Positions 16,987 through 25,239 of a stretch of DNA of 58,340 nucleotides are shown here, in pieces. Position 1 is the stretch's first letter. Each line of letters starts with the position of its first letter. The position numbers were made by a program, and so were the translations under genes. The notes below the pieces were generated by a model. The model was given only the letters and a program-made list of their open reading frames with translations. It did not search any database and had not been told where the DNA came from. This DNA comes from Minisyncoccota bacterium (GTDB lineage Bacteria; Patescibacteriota; Minisyncoccia; Phycocordibacterales; UBA6899), in the NCBI GenBank assembly GCA_035583355.1, contig DATEZQ010000004.1, forward strand, positions 1 to 58,340. The letters run 5' to 3'.

Positions 16987-17937
16987 CTATTTTTGATTTG
17001 TCGCTGCAGCAATGATGTTTTTCTTATACTGCAGAAGAATAAACCTGAGCACAACAATCACCAGAAATACACAAACCATGAGCTGCCAAGGAAATACAAA
17101 GAAATGATATGTAGCTACGGCTGTTTGCGGCACGTCTCCCCACGCGAGGCTCAAATCGGCGGTGTACCATCCAAAATGAAAATCAGAAAGCTGTAATAAA
17201 GCAAGACTGAAGAATCCTCTCTCCTCATTTGAGACTTCATTGCCCCAGGCTACCGAGAAACGACGAGGACTTCCTGGGAGCACGCTACCCTCTCGCTCAT
17301 TAGCAAGCAACTTTGCAGTAATACTGCGGAAGGAATTTTTAATAACAATATCTCCCTTCGGCACCACACGATCCCCACCCTTATTATTGAAAACATATTC
17401 AAGTGTCACAGGAAGCATTGTAAAGAAGCGTTGCGCCCCCTTACCACTGAAGCCAGAGAGTCCTGCTGCTTGCTCGACATCACCGTTGACTGAGAGAAGC
17501 ACGAGTACTCCAACTTTTCCTCCGATAGAAACATCTCCAGGGTTACCTGATTTTGGTTGCTCGGTTCCGAAGAATTCTGCAGCGAAATACCCTCCTGGCT
17601 TAGCAGACTGTGGAATAGTGATTGTGAATGGAACCTTCACGCGCTCACCAGTGGCAATTTCGATTTTTGCATCTGAAGTCATCCAGGTCGCAAGACCATC
17701 CTTATTTCCAATGAAATATGGAGCCCCGGTATCTCCTCGTGATTCAAAGTTTTCGAACGACGTATAGAATGTCTTTCCTTCCTGCTGCTCATTATAGATT
17801 TCCATCTCCCCCTTGAGAGTCTGTCCAGGATTACCACGAATTTCAATGCGCGTCGGCGAGACGGTCAGTGCGGAGGCAGATGCAGCAAAACTAAATGCTG
17901 CAATCAGCGCTATGGTTGTAATAACTGTTGTTCTCAT
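16987..17937 (-). CDS. DUF916/DUF3324-like (WxL-interacting-protein-like) surface protein with C-terminal TM anchor
   Basis: Signal peptide. LTVSPTRIEIRGNPGQTLKGEMEIYN...VKVPFTITIPQSAKPGGYFAAEFF is the pattern I associate with DUF916. C-terminal helix LMVCVFLVIVVLRFILL followed by a basic tail. Confidence 0.5.
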   Translation of the reverse strand: MRTTVITTIALIAAFSFAASASALTVSPTRIEIRGNPGQTLKGEMEIYNEQQEGKTFYTSFENFESRGDTGAPYFIGNKDGLATWMTSDAKIEIATGERVKVPFTITIPQSAKPGGYFAAEFFGTEQPKSGNPGDVSIGGKVGVLVLLSVNGDVEQAAGLSGFSGKGAQRFFTMLPVTLEYVFNNKGGDRVVPKGDIVIKNSFRSITAKLLANEREGSVLPGSPRRFSVAWGNEVSNEERGFFSLALLQLSDFHFGWYTADLSLAWGDVPQTAVATYHFFVFPWQLMVCVFLVIVVLRFILLQYKKNIIAAATNQK

Positions 17938-17972
17938 AAATTTATGCTGGTGTGCGTGTTAAGCGTAGTGAA

Positions 17973-19025
17973 CTAGAAGTTCGCCGTTGCTGCGTAGTTG
18001 ATGGTAGATGTATATGTTCCCGCTGGTGTCGTTGCATCGATATTTGCGATGTAGTGGATACCGTATGTTGCTGCAGCAACCGATCCTGCAGTTGATGCGA
18101 TAGTGTCACCTGAGTTGAATGCCCATGTTGCACCACCTGCGTAAGGAGCGGCAACGGTACCCGTACCACTGTTGAGTGTTGCACGGAGACCGAACTGCTT
18201 GGTGTTTGGAGCAGATGCGACAGCAGCAGCACCGATACCTGTGATGGTATTTGCACCGTAGGTCAACGTTGAACCATTGACCGTAAGTGTGTAGCCATTG
18301 GCAGCATTGGTCCCCACTGAGACCGTATGTGCCTCAGCGTCTGCAGCAACTCCGCCTGATGTATTCGCAAAGCGAGCGTTAGCAGTCGTGAGTGTTCCGA
18401 AACCAACAGCATTCTGACTTAAGCTGAATGTCAAAGACTGTGGAACAATTGCAGAAACCTGAACAGTATCATCATTCAAAATGTTCACGGTTGTAGTACC
18501 CACGTCACCGAATGTGCCACCGACTGCAACAGTATACGATGCTGCGGTGCCTGGATTGATCGCATTAGTGTTCGGAAGAGTGATGATCACCTTATCATTT
18601 GGTGCAAGTGCTGCAGTACCAACACCATCGGTTGGAGTAGTGAGCGTCAGTACGTTATTCTGAGCACCCGAGAATACTGCTCCCCATGCGGTAGCACTTG
18701 GAGCTGCAAGCAAAGGCTCTGAAGCCTCGAGTCCTGTCGATGCACCATGAGTAAAGGTGATACCAGTGATTGCTTTGCCGGTAAAGTTAAAGCCTGGATT
18801 CTGGTATGTAATCACAATCGTCTGTCCTGCCACGGCCTCACCAGAAGGTGTAGTGAACTTAATTGTACTTGTTGCGGTCGTGCTTATCTTTGCTGAAGAA
18901 AGAGCAACCGACGTCGACAAAAGTTGTGCCGCCGACGCAATATATGGTGCCCCTGCAAAAGAGAGCAACACAGCCACAAGGACAATTGGGCTTACGAGGG
19001 CTTTATTGAATTTATTTATTTTCAT
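17973..19025 (-). CDS. Secreted fibre-subunit candidate sharing a C-terminal ~157-aa domain with the 1278-aa protein
   Basis: Signal MKINKFNKALVSPIVLVAVLLSFAGAPYIASA. G/T/A-rich beta-type sequence. The C-terminal domain (17976-18446) aligns with 19195-19674. It has its own promoter and is preceded by a terminator. The track ORF extends to 19082. Confidence 0.6.
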   Translation of the reverse strand: MKINKFNKALVSPIVLVAVLLSFAGAPYIASAAQLLSTSVALSSAKISTTATSTIKFTTPSGEAVAGQTIVITYQNPGFNFTGKAITGITFTHGASTGLEASEPLLAAPSATAWGAVFSGAQNNVLTLTTPTDGVGTAALAPNDKVIITLPNTNAINPGTAASYTVAVGGTFGDVGTTTVNILNDDTVQVSAIVPQSLTFSLSQNAVGFGTLTTANARFANTSGGVAADAEAHTVSVGTNAANGYTLTVNGSTLTYGANTITGIGAAAVASAPNTKQFGLRATLNSGTGTVAAPYAGGATWAFNSGDTIASTAGSVAAATYGIHYIANIDATTPAGTYTSTINYAATANF

Positions 19026-19082
19026 CTTTGTTGTGCAAATATAATTGATATGCAAATGCAAAGCATTTGTATCTATAGGCAT

Positions 19083-19091
19083 ATTGTAACA
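19083..19091 (-). promoter_or_regulatory. Extended -10 TGTTACAAT for the fibre-subunit gene
   Basis: The + strand reads attgtaaca, 57 nt upstream of ATG 19025. The leader contains the hairpin caaatgc-tt-gcatttg. Confidence 0.5.
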
Positions 19092-19171
19092 CGTAACCCA
19101 TCACAAATTACAAAGCTATCCCCAGAAATATGGATATTTCGTAAATGTTACACCTATCCTTATACAACCAA

Positions 19172-19191
19172 AAACACCCACCGGGGTGTTT
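19172..19191 (-). terminator. Intrinsic terminator after the 1278-aa gene
   Basis: aacaccc-accg-ggggtgtt. On the minus strand it is followed by TTTTTGGTTG. It abuts the TAG at 19192-19194. Confidence 0.7.
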
Positions 19192-22100
19192 CTAGAAAGA
19201 CGCAGTGATCGTATAGGTTACATTCGCAGCATACGCACCAGCCTGCGACTGGGTAGAGATATTCCCGAGATAGCGCACTGCATATGTTGTTGGCGTAGAA
19301 CCACTGCTTACCATTGCAACGGCATCAGGAAAGGCGGTCGTATTGAACGCATACCCTGCCCCATCATATGGAGCAGAAACGACACCCATTCCGCCCGTCG
19401 CGGTCATGCGCATACCAAACTGCTCTGTCCCTGGAATTGATGCAGTATTCACAGCACCAATAGCGGCAATGGTCGAGCTGCCCGCAGAAAGCGTATTTCC
19501 GTTTATAGAGAGCACATAGCCATTGGAGGAGTTGGTCGCTGCTGTGATCGTATGCGCCACAGCCTCAGTTGTGGAGCCGAGGCCATCTGCGGTTGCAAAG
19601 CGCTCGCCACTGGCATTAAGTGACCCAAACCCAGCGGTATTATTCGAAATACTGAACGTAAGCGACTGCGATACGGGCGGTACTTCAATCCACTGGAATG
19701 ACATCATCGCAAAATCCCACTGCGCCGTCATCGCACTCGCTCCTGACGCAGAGGTGCGCAAACGCATATTCAATATCGCTCCGACTGTGTCAAGGTGATC
19801 GCCGACACTCGTCGACCAACCCGCAGCTCCACCCGAAGCAACGGTAGCCATGGAAATATTGTCTGTATATATTAGTGCGGTCGTCGCACCGGCGCCAACC
19901 GGAGACCACCCTCCAGTAACATTCGTTGACCCACCGAAATCCCTTATCCCTGCAATGACCGTACCAACCGTACCCGACATATGTCGGCTTGCGAAGAAGA
20001 TGCCGGCTGCTGCCGTATTATTGGGGAGCGACGCACCGAAATCTACATTCGCTGCTACTGCATATCCTGCAGTCGTATTATTATTGCTATCGTATCCGTA
20101 TGTTGCAAACGCTTGAGTATTCGACTTCGCTGCTCCAAGTAAATTCCATGTATTGCTCGTACCCGTCATGTCCAGGTCACTCGTATTAGCAACCGTACCT
20201 GCAGCATTTGAACCGAAAGTGATGTTTCCAACACCATCGGTATTTGTCGTTCCTATCATGACATACGCCATATTTAGTCGAATTGCTACAGTACTGTTCG
20301 AGAGACCGTGCCATCCAACACGAATCTCACCATTTGAAATATAGTTGCTCATGGTGATATTCGACTTTGACCATGCGTTAGTAGCAGCAGTAGTGGAGCA
20401 CGCAATAGAAGTAGTAGTGAGATCCTCCCACAATGTGGTGTTGTAATTATAGATCTTCGGCCTAATCGTCGGGCCAGTTGCTGAGCAAGAGTAATTCGCG
20501 CGATAAAGGATTGTATTTGCTCCTGGATAGGTTTTTACATTTTTGTATGAAACATAAAAGTCTGAAACCGTACTTGCGGTACCAGGTACTTGGAAGTATG
20601 CAGTATCTGCGCCAGTTTGTCCGGCTCCACCCATATTCGCCATCGAGTAGTCCCCCGTGATTGTTCCTCCAGAAATCTGAGTTGCACTCGAACCAGAATA
20701 CACTGGATTGACCACGACAAACGCACGAAGATAATCAATATTCACTAATGATGTGGTATTTGTTGTTGAGTAGTAGCGCACGCGGATTGTATTTGATCCG
20801 TTGATGAAGTTTGCAAGTGGAGTTGCGATTGACGTTGTTGCACTCGAGCTCCAATACCCATCATATATCTCCCAGTCGTATGCGGTTGCGGTCACTGTAG
20901 TGATTGCTGCGTCATTCAGATTCAAATTTCTCCACCCTCCTCCTGTGCATTGCGCATCTGCGGCACTATTCACTCCGACCGAAGACACCCAGTCGCATAC
21001 CTGCACGAGCGTCGAAGGCGCCGTCGCATCAAGATCAAACTCTGTTTGGAGAATAATCTTATTTGCACCATTGAGACGCACATCTCCTATATCGAGATAC
21101 GCGTTGTATCCTGACGCAGATGATGTAACTCCGAAATGTAAATTATCATCAGCAATGGCCCCGCGCCAATCTCCCATATTCACTCCTTCTGTCGCAGGAG
21201 CCGTGAGGCCAAGAATTGCAGGAGCAGTACCCGTCACGATACCACCGCCAGAAACACCATAGCGATACGATTCCGATGGGTGTATCGGTTGCTCTATCCA
21301 CTGAATCGACATCATAGCAAAATCCCACTGTGCTGTATTCACACTCGCCGCGGACACCGAGGTACGTAAACGCATATTCATCATATTTGTTACCGAGTCC
21401 GTGAAATCTTTTGGGCTCGTCGACCATCCTGTCGCACCGCCAGAGGCAACCGTTGCGACGCTGATATTATCCGTGTACACAAGTGCGGTAGTTCCCACTG
21501 CACCAACTGCAGACCAACCTCCGGTTACACTTGTACCTGCTCCGTAATCCATAACTCCCACCTGCACCGTCCCTGCAGTGCCAGACATATGCCGAGATGC
21601 GAAAAATACACCAGTGATTGCACCACCCTCTGGTATCGTCGTATTGAAATTCACATTTGCAGCCGCAGCATAGCCTGCGGTAGTATTATTGTTTCCATCA
21701 TACGCGTACGATGCAAACGCCTGAGTATTCGATTTTGCAGCACCAAGAATACTCCATGTACTTGCGGTACCGGTCATGTCGAGCGAAGCAGTATCTGATA
21801 CAGAGCCTGCTGCACTCGAACCGAAGGTGACTGCTGCACCTTCTCCAGTGTTGACGGTACCGATCATGATGTATTGCATATCAAGACGCAAAGACACAGT
21901 ACTATTAGAGAGCCCATACCAGCCTACGCGAATTTCACCACCAGAAATATAATCATTAATATTTATATTACTTTTCGCCCATGCATTTGTCGCATCTGCT
22001 GTTGCACATGCAATAGAGGCGGTCGTGAGATCCTCCCAAAGCTCAGTTGCAAAGTTATAAATCTTTGGACGTCGTGTTGGACCCGTCGCTGAACAGGAAT

Positions 22101-23028
22101 ACTCCGCACGCACGAGAATCGTATTTGCTCCGGTATACGTCTTTACATTCTTGTACGATAGATAGAAATCCGAAACGCTTCCTGCTGTTCCTGGAACTTG
22201 AAAGTATGCATTATCCGATCCCAACTGCCCCGCACCTCCGATATTCGCCATTGCATAATCTCCAACGATCGTACCGCCTGAGAGCTGCGTCGCACCGGAA
22301 GCAGAGTAAACAGGATTCACCACCGCAAATACGCGGAGATAATCAATATTCACAAGTGAAGTTGTGTTTGTTGTCGAGTAATAACGCACACGGATCGTAT
22401 TTGAACCGTTCACAAAATTAGTGAGGGGCGTATTAATTGAACTCGTTGCGCTTGCACCCCAGTATCCATTATAGACCTGCCAATCATATGCAGTTCCCGT
22501 GGTCGGTGCTATTGTCGCGTCATTTAAATTTAAATTTCTCCACCCTCCCCCAGTACACTGCGCGTCCGCCGCACCATTGACGCCAACTGAAGAAACCCAG
22601 TCACAAACCTGGACAAGCGTTGCAGGAGCAGTAGCATCGAGATCTAACTCAGTCTCGAAGATCAATTTATTCGCACCATTGAGCACAACATTACCCAGAT
22701 CAAGATATGCATTATAACCACTTGCGGTAGAAGAAAAACCCCAATGCAAGTTATCATCCGCAACAGTACCCTTCCAATCACCCATATTTACACCCTCAGC
22801 AGTAGGGGCGGTAAGACCGAGAATAGGTGCTGCAGTACCCGTCACTAGCCCACCACCCGAGGGATCAAACTGATATGATGCACGAGCGATTTTCGTGGTC
22901 TTTGGGAATACGCCAGCTCTAGAAAAGAGCGGGATATAACCTGTAGCAAAAAGGACGCTCGCCACGATGAGTATGACTGCGAGACTTTTCTTGCCCGATA
23001 TGATTATATGTTCATAAAGTCTTCCCAT
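19192..23028 (-). CDS. 1278-aa anchored/secreted adhesin-like protein: two ~536-aa repeats plus a fibre-type C-terminal domain
   Basis: N-terminal hydrophobic helix (LAVILIVASVLFATGYIPLF). Two tandem repeats with conserved Cys pairs (VCDWVSSVGVN..AADAQCTGGGW; YSCSATGPT..SIAC). The C-terminal 160 aa are homologous to the C-terminus of the 17973..19025 product. Confidence 0.7.
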   Translation of the reverse strand: MGRLYEHIIISGKKSLAVILIVASVLFATGYIPLFSRAGVFPKTTKIARASYQFDPSGGGLVTGTAAPILGLTAPTAEGVNMGDWKGTVADDNLHWGFSSTASGYNAYLDLGNVVLNGANKLIFETELDLDATAPATLVQVCDWVSSVGVNGAADAQCTGGGWRNLNLNDATIAPTTGTAYDWQVYNGYWGASATSSINTPLTNFVNGSNTIRVRYYSTTNTTSLVNIDYLRVFAVVNPVYSASGATQLSGGTIVGDYAMANIGGAGQLGSDNAYFQVPGTAGSVSDFYLSYKNVKTYTGANTILVRAEYSCSATGPTRRPKIYNFATELWEDLTTASIACATADATNAWAKSNININDYISGGEIRVGWYGLSNSTVSLRLDMQYIMIGTVNTGEGAAVTFGSSAAGSVSDTASLDMTGTASTWSILGAAKSNTQAFASYAYDGNNNTTAGYAAAANVNFNTTIPEGGAITGVFFASRHMSGTAGTVQVGVMDYGAGTSVTGGWSAVGAVGTTALVYTDNISVATVASGGATGWSTSPKDFTDSVTNMMNMRLRTSVSAASVNTAQWDFAMMSIQWIEQPIHPSESYRYGVSGGGIVTGTAPAILGLTAPATEGVNMGDWRGAIADDNLHFGVTSSASGYNAYLDIGDVRLNGANKIILQTEFDLDATAPSTLVQVCDWVSSVGVNSAADAQCTGGGWRNLNLNDAAITTVTATAYDWEIYDGYWSSSATTSIATPLANFINGSNTIRVRYYSTTNTTSLVNIDYLRAFVVVNPVYSGSSATQISGGTITGDYSMANMGGAGQTGADTAYFQVPGTASTVSDFYVSYKNVKTYPGANTILYRANYSCSATGPTIRPKIYNYNTTLWEDLTTTSIACSTTAATNAWSKSNITMSNYISNGEIRVGWHGLSNSTVAIRLNMAYVMIGTTNTDGVGNITFGSNAAGTVANTSDLDMTGTSNTWNLLGAAKSNTQAFATYGYDSNNNTTAGYAVAANVDFGASLPNNTAAAGIFFASRHMSGTVGTVIAGIRDFGGSTNVTGGWSPVGAGATTALIYTDNISMATVASGGAAGWSTSVGDHLDTVGAILNMRLRTSASGASAMTAQWDFAMMSFQWIEVPPVSQSLTFSISNNTAGFGSLNASGERFATADGLGSTTEAVAHTITAATNSSNGYVLSINGNTLSAGSSTIAAIGAVNTASIPGTEQFGMRMTATGGMGVVSAPYDGAGYAFNTTAFPDAVAMVSSGSTPTTYAVRYLGNISTQSQAGAYAANVTYTITASF
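19675..22875. repeat. Intragenic tandem duplication, 2 x ~1.6 kb (about 19675-21267 and 21268-22875)
   Basis: Each copy starts Y(Q/R)(F/Y)..SGGG..VTGTA and ends QWDFAMMS(I/F)QWIE. The period is 1608 nt. The copies are diverged, about 70-80% aa identity by eye. Confidence 0.85.
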
Positions 23029-23037
23029 GATCTACTT

Positions 23038-24774
23038 CTATGGAAGCATACCTTCCATATCTTCAAAGATCGGAGTAGTCGCTCCATTCTCTAAGATAAA
23101 TTTTTTCAAGCCGCTCGATTCATCACGAAATTCCACTGCGACCGATCCATCCTCATTCGGAGACGATGACTCAAATGAGTTGCTCGAAATATTATATTTC
23201 CATAATGCACCATCCTTCCCAAGCCAAAATATGTTCCCAAAATCGAAGAATATCTTCGAATCAGCACTCACCTGCTTGCGATCCGCAATAAATGACCAAC
23301 GCTTCTCAGTATTACTATGTAGCCATAGCTCTACAATACGACTTTCATCGAACGCTGCAGTGGTCGTAGTTGCCTCGGCGAGCACCACAACATCTGAACT
23401 TGATGCAGAGGTAGTCGCAAAATTATAGATTGGAAGATCATTCAAAATCGGCCTACTCACAAGAACTGCGACTCCATCACTGTATGCTACCTCACGAAGA
23501 TAGGTATCCCCTCGTAAGAGACTAGGTGCGGGATGAGGATCATCCCCAACCCTTTCGTACTCTACAGCGAGCCAGACTGCATCGAGGTAGATAATTGGCA
23601 TCACCGCATCAAGCGTTGGTACACTCCGCACACCGATTTTGAGGTTTGACACATCTTCCCAGCCAACGATTTCATCAACAGGAATCTCAAATTCCTTGGT
23701 ATCAAATTCATCATCCGCAACATAACCAAGGCTCTTCCAATTCATGTCATCAAAAGAATAGATGGCCTCAACAAGACCGTATGGTGTAGTCGATGCGATA
23801 CTGGTACTAGTACTTGCACCAGAACTTGTTGCGAACCAAGATGCGTCTACAGTAGTCGTTGCAGGAGGTGGAATTTCTAAAGATGAAGTCGCAAGTGTTC
23901 CCGTTGCTTCTGTCTGTGTAACAGCAGGCTCCACAACGGCAACTGTATTACTTGCACTAAATACTTCCTCTGCAAATGCAGAATGTATGAAATAATTAAT
24001 AAGAGATAACGGCTCCGAAGTAGCAGGAGCAGGTGGAGAAACAGGAGGAGGCGCATCTGTCGGAGATGACGACGATTCAGGTTCACTTGGGGTAATAGGC
24101 ACAGCTGAAGCTTCAACTGTAGTAGGAGGAGTACTTGAAGCAGTAGAGTCACTCTCTGGAGGCGCTGAAGCGTCTACTACCTCACTCACTGTCGTCGAAG
24201 CTGCAATCTCTTGTGTACTTACTGGAGTCGTTGAAGAGGAAACATCCTGAGTACTCGTTGAAGTGATAGCGGTACTCGAAGCAACTGTAGACGTCGAGCC
24301 TTGTTCAATCAACTCACTTGCACTCACCCCGTCACTGCGTGGCGCAGATACAGTAGATTCAGGAGGAGTTATGCTTGTAGTGTCCGGAATACCACTCGCT
24401 GCTTCTTCAATTCGTGCTTCCTCTATCGCTCGAGCCTCGGATGGATATGTTGCCGCCCAAGAGAACTTGGCAAACACACGCTTTGGCGCAGTATTCACAC
24501 TCACCTCGCCATGAAAATCCCCACAACTGATCTGTGACTGCTGCCCATTGCGAAGAATCGCAGAATTTTGTTCGTTAAATTGTGCAACCTGAGGCCCAAG
24601 TACGTCAGGAGAACCTGTTGCATACTCAGCATGCTCCCAGCCACCTTCACAATGAGAGGCATATAGGTTATATGTATCAGCATGCGCAGAATTAGGGTGC
24701 CGAAAAACAGACACGCCAATAATAGAGAGGATTAATATTACCGAAAGAAAGGTTCTCAAGGAAACCCGTTGCAT
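23038..24774 (-). CDS. Secreted protein with a long Ser/Thr/Pro-rich linker, unknown function
   Basis: Signal MQRVSLRTFLSVILILSIIGVSVF..AHA. A folded N-domain with 2 Cys, about 200 aa of S/T/P/E low complexity, then a C-terminal folded region. The stop lies 9 nt before the next start. The track ORF uses TTG at 24834. Confidence 0.6.
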   Translation of the reverse strand: MQRVSLRTFLSVILILSIIGVSVFRHPNSAHADTYNLYASHCEGGWEHAEYATGSPDVLGPQVAQFNEQNSAILRNGQQSQISCGDFHGEVSVNTAPKRVFAKFSWAATYPSEARAIEEARIEEAASGIPDTTSITPPESTVSAPRSDGVSASELIEQGSTSTVASSTAITSTSTQDVSSSTTPVSTQEIAASTTVSEVVDASAPPESDSTASSTPPTTVEASAVPITPSEPESSSSPTDAPPPVSPPAPATSEPLSLINYFIHSAFAEEVFSASNTVAVVEPAVTQTEATGTLATSSLEIPPPATTTVDASWFATSSGASTSTSIASTTPYGLVEAIYSFDDMNWKSLGYVADDEFDTKEFEIPVDEIVGWEDVSNLKIGVRSVPTLDAVMPIIYLDAVWLAVEYERVGDDPHPAPSLLRGDTYLREVAYSDGVAVLVSRPILNDLPIYNFATTSASSSDVVVLAEATTTTAAFDESRIVELWLHSNTEKRWSFIADRKQVSADSKIFFDFGNIFWLGKDGALWKYNISSNSFESSSPNEDGSVAVEFRDESSGLKKFILENGATTPIFEDMEGMLP

Positions 24775-24780
24775 ATTTCG

Positions 24781-24789
24781 ATTATAGCA
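24781..24789 (-). promoter_or_regulatory. Extended -10 TGCTATAAT, 6 nt before ATG 24774 (leaderless locus promoter)
   Basis: The minus strand reads cttGCTATAAT-cgaaat-ATG. The upstream gene's terminator precedes it. Confidence 0.65.
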
Positions 24790-24834
24790 AGTTTGTTGCA
24801 AATGTGACAGAACTACACTATCAAAATCTATCAA

Positions 24835-24860
24835 AAAAGTAGCCCAGTTTGGCTACTTTT
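24835..24860 (-). terminator. Intrinsic terminator
   Basis: aaaagtagcc-cagttt-ggctactttt. It includes the TAG of the 24853 gene. A T-run follows on the minus strand. Confidence 0.75.
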
Positions 24861-25191
24861 CCACGCTCGAATCATTTTTCTTTGGTGGCCCCCACTGCCA
24901 ACGCGGCCTTTCTCCTTTCTTGTATGCAATAACAAGCAGAAGAACGGTCAGTACCAAAATCGGTAATGCAAATGTTAGGACATTTGTGCCAGAATCGGGA
25001 TTCCCTGGGATATCTTTTTCACTAAGCGATACTATTCCTAGTACGAGCACAAGATAAAGAGCAATAACGCTCCACCCCTGCCAGCGGACTGGAGTCCAAC
25101 CCCAGCCATAGAGTTTTGCCTTAAACCAATAATTATTTGGATTATCATGGAGATAATCTGAATGTGCTTTGAAATACTCCTTCAGGTTCAT
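24853..25191 (-). CDS. Small membrane protein (two TM helices, Trp-rich)
   Basis: WGWTPVRWQGWSVIALYLVLVLGIV and LTFALPILVLTVLLLVIAY helices. The track ORF extends to 25212 (TTG). Confidence 0.55.
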   Translation of the reverse strand: MNLKEYFKAHSDYLHDNPNNYWFKAKLYGWGWTPVRWQGWSVIALYLVLVLGIVSLSEKDIPGNPDSGTNVLTFALPILVLTVLLLVIAYKKGERPRWQWGPPKKNDSSVEK

Positions 25192-25216
25192 ATATAAATA
25201 GTATACACCCAATAAA

Positions 25217-25237
25217 AAATGAGGCGATGCCTCATTT
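25217..25237 (-). terminator. Intrinsic terminator
   Basis: aatgaggc-gat-gcctcatt, with TTTTTTATT downstream on the minus strand. Confidence 0.75.
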
Positions 25238-25239
25238 CT

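Noticed and set aside
17240-18256. 175-aa + ORF and 104-aa - ORF inside the fibre-locus genes
   Set aside because: They are out-of-frame or antisense readings of G/T/A-rich coding sequence. Their Pro/Ser/Thr-rich translations show no start signals.
15009-24834. Calling the locus a bona fide WxL/csc cluster, a chaperone-usher system or a sortase pilus
   Set aside because: There are no W-x-L motifs, no usher-sized beta-barrel gene, no chaperone motif I can recognise, and no LPXTG or sortase. Only the architectural analogy is retained.
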